Below are positions 36,041 to 48,245 of a stretch of 64,000 nucleotides of DNA, in pieces. A model generated the notes under the pieces. The model had not been told where the DNA came from. It did not search any database and was given only the letters and a program-made list of their open reading frames with translations. The DNA comes from Glaucostegus cemiculus (Eukaryota). The stretch's first letter is position 1. Each line of letters starts with the position of its first letter. The stretch is taken from the NCBI GenBank assembly GCA_976551045.1, contig CDPCPM010000061.1, positions 1,364,001 to 1,428,000 of the forward strand, read 5' to 3'. The position numbers were made by a program, and so were the translations under genes.

Positions 36041-37164
36041 TGATGAGTATGTTTTTGTTTCAAAATAGATCCTTCCTTGTGAATCACTCATTGACAGATC
36101 TATCAGTCTTTTCAAGCCAAAGCCTAGCAGGATTCGGCTAAGCCTTTGAGCGTTTGCATGCTCCATGTTTCAATAAGTGTGCTGATATAATTCAAGGTGC
36201 CAGAGTAACTGCAAGCTGCAGCGTAGATCAGGGGCTGAGCCTTCCATTAGCTCTGAAGCAATTTTTTTAAATAGCACATCCTTTCAGAAGGCAATAGCAG
36301 TGAAGTTATCTTTACAAGCACAAGTAGCACTCACAGATAATTACCTGCTCAGGTTGATTTGGGATCAGACAAGGTTTACATAGCTCCTTGGCCGTGGAAT
36401 AGAGCACTGGAGCTCTGCTTGGAGGCATCCAGACAGCAGTTAAATTTTAACAATAACTGACGGCAAGAGTTACATTAAAGCATAGAGAAATAAAGATTTA
36501 TTTAAGTTCCCTGCCAGTCTGCTCAACCAGCAGAGAAACATTTAGACTACCTTACATGCTGGCGGCTGTTAACAGAGAAGTTGCTGAGATGGTGAAGCAG
36601 TGTTAAGAGTTCAACTCCTCAAGGTGGATTCTCACTGCTGGCCTTAACTCTGCAGCAGAACCATAGTTTGCATTTCAGATCAGTTTGAAGCAAAAGCTTA
36701 TCCAAATGATGGGCCTCAACTGGCCTATTAGCATGACACAGTTTGCTGTAAAGAGTGCTGGTGTGAAGTTCTCTGGCGGTTTCAAACAGTGCTAAGTACC
36801 TGCAGGATCGATCGGCTGAGATCCCTGCCAGTAACAGAACCTGTATTTTTAAGGGTAGCTCTTGTTTTGTCAAAATAAAGCACCGTGTAAGAAAGCTGGG
36901 GTTATTTTGAAAGCGATCAAAAGCTTTCAAAGCATCTCTTCAAAATAATAATAGCCAACCACAGTTAAAGCAGTTGGTGATTTTTATTGAATGGGTTTCT
37001 GAAATAATGGAATTCAGTTAGCTAAGTGCTCCAGAGTAGTTGCAGTGTAGTGCTGGAAGACTCACCTTTGACAGCCAGTCTTCTCAATGTGTCAGTACAA
37101 GGCCTGGACTTGCTGTGCATTAAATATTTCACTCAACAGCCTTTCCCAGCACATATGGAGCACT

Positions 37165-37192
37165 CAACAACAACAACAACAACTACTACTGC
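37165..37192. repeat. (CAA)n(CTA)n microsatellite, probably the tail of an antisense L2-type element
   Basis: Direct reading; followed by gcttgcatttaaataatacctttca. Confidence 0.7.
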
Positions 37193-37559
37193 TTGCATTT
37201 AAATAATACCTTTCATTCAGTACCAGCATCCAGAGGAACTGGCAAATTTTGACGTGAAGCCAAGTTAGGAGGTATACAAAATAGATCAGTGAATGAAAGT
37301 GGCTTAGGTAAAAGCAGGAAGAGAGAAAGGTACCAATGTAATAATTTGAGGTGAGGATTGAAGAAAGCACTAAAGAGTGTTCTTGTTCTCTTGTTCTGTG
37401 TTCCAGGGTCTTGGGTCTTTTCTCTCAGTTTATCAATATCAACTTGATGAACTGTAAGAAACAGAAGTCACCCCTGTCAGTCCATCACTGACGCCGTCAT
37501 GCTTGTTTTTAGAGTTGGCTATCTCAGTGCTATCACCGCTTGTCTCTCATCCTCTTTCC

Positions 37560-37872
37560 TCCTTATGTTTGAGTTGATCCAGAACTCGATTGGAATTTCC
37601 ACCAGGTCCTGCTCACCTTTAGCCCCTGTGGTCACTCACCTTCATTTGCTTTGAGTCCAGCCGTGCCTTTTGCCCTCATTGCAAAACCCTTCCATGGCCT
37701 TGGCTCTCATCTCTCCAACCCCTCCAGCCTCATCACCCCTCTATGGCCTTTCCTTCCAATTCGGAATATTCATTCACCTCAGTGTTTTGTGCCCCGCAGT
37801 CTGGAATTCCTCTCCTAAACCTCCCTTCCTCTTTTAAAATGCTCCCTAAAATTTACCTCTTTGACCAAGTGC
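37560..37872 (+). mobile_element. Old L2-type LINE 3' remnant
   Basis: ctggaattcctctcctaaac...ttttaaaatgctccctaaaatttacctctttgaccaag resembles the L2 WNSLP...FK..LKT.LF region. Confidence 0.5.
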
Positions 37873-37896
37873 CACTTTTGGAACAATTGCACCTGT

Positions 37897-38323
37897 AATT
37901 GGTAATTGGTTATTATTGCCACATGCAGTGAAAAGCTTTTGTTTGCGTGCCATCCAGACGGATCATTCGAAACATACGCACATTGAGGCAGAATAAAAGG
38001 AAAAGCAATAACAGAATGCAGAATATAGTGTTACAGTCACAGGGAAAGTGCAGTGCAGGTAAACAATAAGGTGCAAGGTCAAGATGATGTAGATTTAGAG
38101 ATCAATGGTCATCTTTATTGTACAAGAGGACCGTTCAAGAGTCTTCTAGCATTGGAATAGAAGCTGTCCTTGAGCCAGGTTATATGTGTTTTCAAGCTTT
38201 TGTATCTCCTGCCCAATGGAAGAGGAAGAAGAGTGAATGACTGGGGTGGGAGGGGTCTTTGATTATGTCGGCTGCTTTCCCGAGGCACTGAGAAGTGTAG
38301 ACAGTGTCCATGGGGGAGAGGCT
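37897..38323 (-). mobile_element. Rex1/Babar-type LINE 3' fragment
   Basis: Colinear with 11135-11570. Confidence 0.87.
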
Positions 38324-39734
38324 GTCCTGCGATGTAATAGTGGAAGATTAGTGAGGTTAAATTGCTGTATACGTTCCAACCTTTGTTTAATTACTAGTGA
38401 GGGAAGAAGGGATAAAAGTGGGGGCACAGTGTTAAGTATGCATGGTGGGAAAGTGACTGTAATAGAGGGGAACTGACTCTTCACCTTAATATTTGCCACA
38501 GTTTCAGATCAGGGATGTTTGGCACTCTGCAGTGAACAGAACAAACATGGTTTCATTAAGCATTAGTATAAACACAGCTGACAATTTGTGAAGTATGGTC
38601 CCATAATTCTAGCACTAGGAGCAATTGTTAGTATATCCGGAATATGAGCACAGGGGCTGCAAACTTCTGTGGAAACACACAGAGAGATCTTTAATTTGTA
38701 AATCTGGTACTGAAATTGGTCAGAATGTGCCCACTGGAGGTATTTTTTCCCTTGTACAGCAAAGCTGCACGAGTTCCAACGTGCTCTGCTTCTGGGATTT
38801 GCTATTAAATCACTTGATGCAAGAAATGTGAAGTAATGTAATGTACCAGGCAGCAACAAACAAACAAAAAAAAAATCAGCAACTCATTGCTGGCACCAGA
38901 TGCAAATTTAAGTTGAATCCAACTTGCACTAATAGGCGAAAGTTTATAAATGGATCTGTCAGATTGATCAGACAGTCTGATTTGGTGCAGAATCAGCAAA
39001 GTGAAGTTTCTGTCAACACACTTTTCACAAACGTTGCCGTCAAATGGAGCTATGCTGAGCACATCAGATGACTTAACAAGGTCGCTGCAACATCAAGCTC
39101 CCCAAGTGACAATCCTCAAGCATTACATGGGCTTGTGGGTATTGCTCTGGCATTGAGTGCCCTTCATTGGCTGATGTGGTCCATGAGTTGCCAGCGAGGA
39201 GGAGATGAATTTCTGGGCAGTGAAACACTCCATTACTTTGATGTCTCAATTTGGCTTCTATCTTGGTTTTGAAAAGCAGTTAGAACAAAACATCATTCAG
39301 GCAGCAGTTCACATTGAACAAAGGTGTTGATGGTTTAACAGACAACTCTCATCTATCATTCTGGCTGACAGCATTGTCAGAATCGCAGATAGCTGCCACA
39401 TGTTAGAGTTGAGTTGGCTTTACTTGTAGCCGTGGCTGTGTGATTCACTTATAGTCACTGTCCAGTCCCTGGAGCTACACACTGTTTTCATTGGCCAAGT
39501 TTATAGGTATCCATTCTTGAAATAACAAAAGGACCCAGCACTTATTTGCTACTGTAAACATCACAAATTATTGATGGAAGTCCTCGGTTACAGCTAGACA
39601 AAGTATTGACTCTTTTTTTAAATTCAGTTTTTGGGTATTAGGAGCAAGGCCAATGTTTATTGTCCCATCAGTAACTTTAGATGTGATGGTGAGCTGCCTC
39701 CTTGAACTAGTGCCATTCTTTGGGTAGTGCAATT

Positions 39735-40040
39735 GATCGGGTAGAAGTCAGAGGCTTTTCCCCAGGGCTGAAATGGTTGCCACAAGAGGACATAGGTTTA
39801 AGGTGCTGGGGAGTAGATATAGAGGAGATGTCAGGGGAAAGTTTTTTACTCAGAGAGTGGTGAGTGCGTGGAATGGGCTGCCGGAAGCAGTGGTGGAGGC
39901 GGATACGATAGGGTCTTTCAAAAGACTGTTAGATAGGTACATGGAGCTAAGTAAAATAGAGGGCTATGGGAATGCCCAGTAATTTCTAGTGTAGGGACAT
40001 GTTCAGCACAACTTTGTGGGCCAAAGGGTCTGAATTGTGC
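39735..40040 (+). mobile_element. CR1 LINE 3' end
   Basis: ORF TRGHRFKVLGSRYRGDVRGKFFTQRVVSAWNGLP. Confidence 0.9.
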
Positions 40041-40234
40041 TGTGGTTTTTCTATATTTCTGGTGAAGGTATTCAGTGCTGTTGGACCTTTAAAGGTTATA
40101 GTATAATTGAGTTCTTGCTATTAGAATCAACCACACTGATGCAGGTCTGGAGTCACAAAGAGGCCAGCTGAGTAAGCATGTAGATTTCCTCCCTCCAGGA
40201 CATTAGTGAACTGGATGGGATTTTACCACATGTT

Positions 40235-40420
40235 GACACAAGATGCTGGAATCTGGAGCAACGCACAAGATGCTGGGCAGCAGGTCAGCCTGTGTCTCTG
40301 GAGGGAAATGGACACTTGATGTTTCAGGTCCACATGAAGGGTCTCAATCTGTAACGTTGACTAATCATTTCCCTCAGTAGATGCTGCCTGGCCTGCTGAG
40401 TTCCCCCAGCTCCTTTGTGA
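40235..40420. mobile_element. Palindromic Penelope-terminus-derived element, degenerate
   Basis: Inverted arms around atgaagggtctcaatctgtaacgttgac; the right arm ends gatgctgcctggcctgctgagttcccccagc. Confidence 0.7.
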
Positions 40421-41594
40421 ATTGTTCCTGTGAATACTGTGATTGTTTGACTCTTGCTGGTGGAGTCAATGCTCTGCAGATAAGAGGCCCTGGTCCAAAT
40501 GGAGGCTGATTTGGGCCTGTCTGCTGACTCCAATCTTCCGTTACTTAATGCTCAATAGGATCAAATCCCTCTTGTGCCAGACATTTCTTACACAGACACA
40601 ATGGGATGTTTACATTGACTGCTCCTTGCACAGGTGCAAAGGTTTTCACTTTTATGGGGAAGACCTTTAGTTAACAGGGCCTTATTTGAACAGTTCAGAG
40701 TGAAGTTTCACTTTGACGTGGGCCAGACTGACTTCTTCATCAGAAGACCGGGGTGGAGAGGGCAGGAAGGGGAGTTGCAAGGACACATTGAAGGGCCTGC
40801 CCCACAAGGGGAACAAGGATGGATACCATCACTAGACATGAAGATATTTAGCTCGTTGGTTCAGCCTAAGGCTATGCTGCACTAACGATGGCCAGCACTG
40901 TGGTGAAGACATGCCATCATGGTGTGCCCTGTGGTTGTGTGTCACTTTATCCTAAAAAAAATTATCAGTTAGCATTGTGCAATGTGTATGCATGAGAGGT
41001 ATCCAGTATGGCCAGCCTCAGGAATATGAGACGTGAGTCCTTCTCGATGGAGATTGTTGGTTGGCTGTCGATGAAGGTGAGATGCTCTGGGCTGGGTCTG
41101 AGGCGCGTGGTGTAGTTTGTCTGCAGATCCTTTTGCTACTCTTGAGCAGATGGGACACTGAACTTCCTCAGCACTGCTTTCAGCTTGACACCTTGCAAGA
41201 ACCACCATTCCCACTGCCTTTGCAGTGTTTGTCTTGTGGGTCCCTTGACCTCCTGTGGGGTGTAGCACACAACTTCAACCCAAGCCCAAGGGAAAATCTC
41301 AGAATCTGCTCTCTCTCCCACCTTAGTGTTTTTCAGGTCTCAGTAACATTGACAACAACAAGTAAACTTGCTCCAACCATGGCCTTAAAGTATTCATGAC
41401 AGTGGCCCCATGTAGCCTCTCAACAGTACTGGCCATTTACAAAACAGACTGTGTTGAAACTATGACCACAGATTATGATGTCTGTACTCATCTATTGGGG
41501 GTTACTTAATTTAGTACTTTATTCGTCTGCTGTGGAATGTTTCTCAATAACCCTCTCTCTAAACCATTCTGTGAGGGAGGATTCCTTAAGCTAA

Positions 41595-41918
41595 TCAGAG
41601 ACTTCTTCCCAGGGCGACAATGGCTAACATGAGGGGACATAATTTTAAGGTGATTGGAGGAAGGTATAAGGGGGATGTCAGGGGTAAGTTTTTTTTTACA
41701 CAGACAGTGGTGGGTGCGTGGAACGCACTGCCGGCAGAGGTTGTGGGGCAGATGCACTTAGGGACATCTAAGAGACTCTCAGATGGACACATGAATGATA
41801 GGAAAATAGGGGGCTATGTGGGAGGGAAGGGTTAGATAGATCTTCGAGCAGGATAAAATGTCGGCACAATATTGTGGGCCGAAGGGCCTGTGCTGTGCTG
41901 CGGTGTTCTATGTTCTAA
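41595..41918 (+). mobile_element. CR1 LINE 3' end (subfamily shared with 45115-45670 and 62395-62785)
   Basis: Peptide RGHNFKVIGGRYKGDVRGKFFFTQ..WNALP; tail tgttctatgttcta. Confidence 0.9.
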
Positions 41919-42119
41919 TCAGCTGAATGGGAGTTGGATGGACATATGAGGGCAACAATTTGCAGGGCTACAGGGAAAGAGCAGGGGAATGCAACTGAGG
42001 TGGTTGGTCTACTCGCAGAAGGCATACAGTAGATAGGCCACATGGCCTCCTCAAATGCTGTAGCAATTCGATGATTCTCTGCGGACGTTGATATTAAACT
42101 TAGTTTGTGAATTTTAAAT

Positions 42120-42620
42120 TTTTAAAATTTTATTTACAGCATGGTAACAGGCCCTTTCGGCCGAACAAGTCCGCGTCGCCCATTTTAAACCCCTAAATTA
42201 ACCTATCCGTAATGTGGGAGGAAACCGGAAGGCAGTATCTCCTCACTGAAACAGCACAGTCGTACAGCACAGGAACAGGCCCTTCAGCCCACCATGTCTA
42301 CGCTGACCATGATGCCAAATTCAACTAATCCCATCTGCCGGCACATGGTCCATATCCCTCCATTCCCTGCCCGTTCATCTGTCTGCCTCAGTGCCCTTGA
42401 AACATAGCTATTGCACCTGTTTATACTGCCTCCCCTGGCAGCATGTTCCAGGCACCCTCCGCTCTCTGTGTAAAAAAAACCTTGCCTCATAAATCTCCTT
42501 TAAACTTTCCCCCTCTCACCTTAATCCTATGCCCTCCAGTATTTGACATTTCCACCCTGGGTAAAAAGACTATCTACCCTATCTGTGCCTCTCATAATTT
42601 TATGTACTTCTATCAGTTCA
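42120..42620 (-). mobile_element. V-SINE 3' remnant (about 42120-42230) next to a CR1 3' fragment (about 42255-42620)
   Basis: Similarity to 63222-63330 and to the other minus-strand CR1 ends. Confidence 0.78.
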
Positions 42621-43361
42621 ATGAAGTTTAAATATATCATATTGACATTAAGCAAATATTTCTAAGCCTGATTGTTTACCTGACAGCATGAAATGGTTAT
42701 CGATGCTGGCAAGCTATCACCTTGAAGGAACCTGCACCTAATAAACTCTGCTTGCCTGCACATTCAAGTGTTTTAAACAGGACCACCTGGGATTTTATCC
42801 TCATCATGCATTTATTTTTTTAGAAAATCAAAATGTTTAATTGATACATACTTAAGCCTGATTTCTGTCAGTTCCTGTCGTAAGGATGTGGGATGTGATC
42901 GCAGAAGAGGACAGCCAGAGTATACTTGTGGCAATATGCAGCGACATTCTCGACATAAAGGCTGCTCCCAGCTGAATCACTGATGAGGAAAAAAGGCACT
43001 CTAGCTCGCATGGGCTTTAAACCTGTCTAGAGTCCTCTGGTTCTGTATCTTTCCCAGCCTCATATAGGTTGTGAAGTTAACATTGAGAGAGGGAGACTTT
43101 GCATCGCCACTAACACCAATTATAGAGGGAATTAATCATTGCAATTTCTGCCCTTTAGAACAAAACTGACCTGAATTTGTGTGTTGAGGAAAAGATATAT
43201 AGTGAAAGGACCTAATGGGACATACAACTAAAACAGAGTAATTGGAGTCTGCTGTCTTTTCACTTCCAAGATAAAACATGTGAAGTGACAGCCCGCTAGT
43301 TTTAACTGCACAAAGTCCTCCGAAAGCGTAATTTGAATTTCTTCAGTGATGACTTTAATAG

Positions 43362-43595
<234 letters not shown>

Positions 43596-43859
43596 TGACT
43601 CTGTTGGTGTGCCATTCCAATTTGCCATTTGACTCTGATACACTGAAAAGCAAGAGGTACAATTGCAACATTTAAAAGACATTTGGACAGGTACCTGGAC
43701 AGGAAAGGGCCTAATATGGGCAAGTGGGATTAACAGAGATGGGCATCACGGTCAGCAGGGACAGGTTGGGCTGTACAGCTCCATGAATTTAAGACTCTAG
43801 GTGCCCAAATGCTACCCAACTCTGCGTACCTCTGCAGCGTCGTAACAGGTACATGACAA

Positions 43860-44612
43860 CGTGATAGCAAATGGAGTTTAATTCAGGTAAGTGCGAGGTG
43901 TTGCATTTTGGAAAGTCAAACCAGGATAGGACTTTCACAGTGAACGGTGGGGACCTCGGAGTACAAATACATAGTTCCCTGAAAGTGGTGTCACAGGTAG
44001 GCAGGGTGGTGAAGAAGGCTTTTGGCAAACTGGCCTTCATCAGTCAGGGCAGTGTGTATAGAAGTTGGGATGTTATGTTACAGTTTGTACAAGACATTGG
44101 TGAGGCTGCACTTGGAGTATTGTGTTCAGTTTTGGTCACCCTGCTGTAGGAGAGATGCCTTTAAGCTGGAAAGAGTGCAAGAAAAGATTTACGAGGATGT
44201 TGCCAAGACTCGAGGGACTGAGTTACAGGGAGAGGTTGGGCAGTCTGGGGCTTTATTCCATGGAGAGTAGGAGACTGAGGGATGATGTTACAGAGGTGTA
44301 TAAGATCATGAGGGGCACAGATAGGGTGAATACACTCAGTCTTTTTCCCAGGGTTGGGGGATCAAGAACTAGAGGGCATAGGTTTAAGGTGAGAGGGGAA
44401 ATATTTAATAGGAACCTGAGTGGCAAGTTTTTCCACACAGAAGGTGGTGCATATACGGAACAAGCTGCCAGAGCAAGTGGTTGAGGCAGGTACATGGATA
44501 GGAAAGGTTTAGAGGAACATGGGTCAAACACAGGGAAATGGGACTTGGGCATCTTGGTCAGCATGGACGAGATGGGCTGAAGGGCCTGTTTCCCTGCTGT
44601 ATGACTCTATGA
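43860..44612 (+). mobile_element. CR1 LINE 3' fragment
   Basis: Peptides [42 protein letters not shown]. Confidence 0.92.
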
Positions 44613-45114
44613 GGGGGGAAGCATTTGATGAGTGAGGCTTAGAGAAGCAGATGTGATTCAGGACAAGAAGCACTGGAATATAGCCCATGTAATATATAAC
44701 CATTGACTGTTTTATTTTTTCTATAATGTAGTTGGGTATGGGTTATGAATGGGGTTGATTGGTGAACATGATGCCTTACAGTGGAGGTTCTCAGCTGGGA
44801 ATCTCAGGCAGGGAACTAGACTGGGAAAGGGTCAGTCAGCTCCCCCAAACGGATTGGGAAAACCTGCAGACGTGTTTCAGTCAGCCAAGCCAAGAAGATA
44901 CCTACAGTTTGGAGAGGATTGATTGCATGTGACTTGTCTCCTTCCCAGTCAGAGAAGAGCACATGGAACAAGAATTGAGTAAATATCCCTCCCCCCTCAT
45001 ACTATAATCCTCTCGTACCAGAAATGAATCCAATAATCTAATGAACCTTTATTGTACCATCTCCATGCCAAATATATTCTTGCTTGGGTAAGGAGATCAA
45101 AAGTGTACACAGTA

Positions 45115-45670
45115 CACAGACCACACTTGGAGTATTACGTTCAGTTCTGGTTGCCTCATTATGGGAAGGATGTGGAAGCTTTAGAGAGGTTGCAGAGGAG
45201 ATTTACCAGGATGCTGCCTGATTGGAGAGCATGTCCTATGAGGATAGGCTGAGCAAGCTAGGGCTTTTCTTTTTAGAGAGAAGGAGGTTGAGAGGGGACT
45301 TGATAGAAGTGTACAAGTTGATAAGAGGCATAGATTGAGTGGACAGTCGGAGACTTTTTCCCAGGGCGACAATGGCTAACATGAGGGGACTTAATTTTAA
45401 GGTAACTGGAGAGAGGTATAAGGGGGATGTCAGGGGTAAGTTTTTTTACACAGAGAATGGTGGGTATGTGGAACACACTGCCGGCAGAGATTGTGGGGGC
45501 AGATACATTAGGGGCATTTATAAGACTCGTAGGTAGCCACATGAATGATAGAGAAATGGGGGGCTATGTAGGAGGGAAGTTGTTACATAGATCTTAGTGC
45601 AGGATAAAGTGTCGGCACAACATTGTGGGCAGAAGGGCCTGTACTGTGCCGTAATGTTCTTTGTTCTAGG
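45115..45670 (+). mobile_element. CR1 LINE 3' fragment
   Basis: Peptide RPHLEYYVQFWLPHYGKDVEALERLQRRFTRMLP. Confidence 0.9.
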
Positions 45671-46179
45671 ACTTCAAGTGCTTGCCTGACCAAAACCCAA
45701 CACAGTTATGTCAAACATAATACATATGGTATTTGTGTATGTATGTGTAATAATATATGATCTGTATTATTTGCACATTATAAGGAGGATGTGTTGGAAG
45801 AAAAGATTTTGAGATAGAAATGGTTACCACTCAGCTACTTTAGTGGTCCAGACAGAGTACAATCAGAATTCTGGCACATTTGCTCAGCCGTTGTCTGGTA
45901 TGCAGTAGGTTCTGTGACATTAAACAACATCTTGTGTTTAATCCTGAGTGGGTGCTGAGCTGGCTAATGCAAAGTGACAGAGTCGCTAACAATGGGCATG
46001 TCTATCCGTTGCTGATCCCTGATTATCAACCCACATTGAATATGCATGGGTGTGGACCTTAGCAAGAATGGGAAGGGCTTTGCCTTTGGTGTCCCCTTGA
46101 CGAAACTGTCTGAGCCTACATTGTAGGCTGAAAGGCCTCTTTCTGTGCTGTATCACTGTCTGACTCCAAGTGTTAAGGA

Positions 46180-46468
46180 TAAGATAAGATTTCTTTATTA
46201 GTCACACGTACATCGAAACACACAGTGAAATGCATCTTTGTGTAGAGTGTTCTGAGGGCAGCCCACAAGTGTCGCCACACTTTCGGAGCCAACATAGCAC
46301 GCCCACAACTTCCTAACCTGTATGTCTTTGGAATGTGGGAGGAAACTGGAGCACCCAGAGGAAACCCACACAGACACAGGGAGAAGGTACAAACTCCTTA
46401 CAAACAGCGGCTGGAATTGAACCTGGGTCACTGGTGCTGTAATAGTGTTACACCACCGTGCCTGCCCA
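46180..46468 (-). mobile_element. V-SINE with Rex1-like tail
   Basis: Near-colinear with 28080-28362. Confidence 0.88.
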
Positions 46469-47539
46469 CATTAGCCATATGCTGCCAGCCTTAGATTTAT
46501 GGGTCAGCATTGCTGGGTAAAACCGTAGAGCTGGATGGGCTTGAAAAGAGAGAGAGGTTATGGGAAGAATAGTTTAAAACAATTATAATGAAAACACAAT
46601 CTCAGTTTTATTTTGAATTTCTGTCAAAGTTAAGCTAGGATTCTTACCTCATGCTGATGACCATGAGTTATAGACGGTCTAGGACTGAAGGGGGAAAAGA
46701 TGCAAAGAACGGTTTGTTTAAAATTCTCTCTTTGAGGAGTGCTGCCAAACATGGTGAGAGCACTGGGTACACTGATTAGGAAAAACCCAACATAAAGAGA
46801 AGTTGGTCACTTTAAATGACTAAAAGCCAATACATTGCACTTTCAAGTACATTAACATATCGCAAAGCTACAGTAACTAATCCAATCAGCTGAACACTTC
46901 TCTCCCAACTGGAAAGTTGTAAGATCAGATCACGGGGCTGTCTGTCATTGTAGCCCACTGGGTAAATTATTTTCTGCGTCCCATCACCCCACATTTATAA
47001 TTCTGTTTGGAAATTACAATAATTTTTCTGGTAAATTAGACAACACAAGCATGATGTAAATTTGGTGGATTGCATTCAACACTCCTGTTCAGTAATAGTA
47101 ATTCAGTGAACCCTTGATCCTCTGGAGAAGGAAAATACTTTTTAAATAGAATTTAAGTCCATGTTTTTAGCCACACAGTCACTAAAATACCTTATTTGCA
47201 ACTGTACAACCTATGTCCTTTCAAAACATTCCTTTTATAATATTACAGGGTGTTGGTCACATTATCCCTGGAGTCCTGCATATACTTTGCATCTCCTTGA
47301 CTGCGTTAGAGGGCATACAACGAGGAGCCATTAGACTGATCCCTGAAGTGAGAGGGTTGACAAAGGAGAAAAGTGTTGGACCTGTACTCATTTTAGTTTA
47401 GAAAAGTCCAGGGTGATCTCATTAAAATGTATCAGCTGAGAGTCTGTTTCCTTTGCCCAGTACTGGGGTCACGGAGTCAACCTCTTAACCTGCCTCGGGA
47501 TAAGGGATTGACTATTTAGGACGAAGATGAGTGTACAAC

Positions 47540-48245
47540 ATTCTGTTGGAGGAACTCAGCAGGTCGAGCAGCATCTGTGGAGGGAGAGGAATTTTAAAAT
47601 GGTTTATTATTGTCCATGTACTGAGGTATAGTGAAAAACTTTGTTTTGCGTACCATCCATACAGATTATTTCATCCCATCAGTACACTGAGGTAGTACAA
47701 GGGAAAAGCAACAACAGAATGCATAATAACAGTGTTACAGTTACAGAGAAAGTGCAGTGGAGGCAGACAATAAGGTGCAAGGCCATGACGAGATAGATTG
47801 TGAGGTCAAGAGTCCATCTTTTCGGACAATGGGACGTTCAATAGTCTTAGAACAGCGGGATAGAAGCTGTCCTAGAGTTTGGTGGTATGTACTTTCAAAC
47901 TTTTGTATCTTCTGCCTGATGGGAGGGGTGAGAAGGAGAGAGAATGTCTGGGTCTTTGATTATGTTGACTGCTTTACTGAGGCACCGAGAAGTGTAGACA
48001 GACTCGATGGAGGAGAGGCTGGTTTTTGTGATGTGTTGTGTGAAGCTGTGTTCACAGCTCTCTGCAGTTTCTTGCTGTCTCAGGCAGAGCAGTTGCCATA
48101 CCAAACCATGAATAAATTATATGAATAATATGAGGTGTTGTTCCTCCAGCTTGCTTTGGGCCTTAATCTGGCAGTGGAGAAGGACAAGGTTGGACAGGTC
48201 AGAGATTTGGAAGGGGAATTGAAATGGCATGCAACTGGGAGCTTT
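47540..48245 (-). mobile_element. Penelope-like remnants (terminus about 47540-47593; GIY-YIG end about 48130-48245) flanking a Rex1-type fragment (about 47600-48110)
   Basis: 47540-47593 matches the reverse complement of the 17220-17265 type; 48130-48240 matches the reverse complement of 16740-16855; the middle is colinear with 11135-11645. Confidence 0.72.
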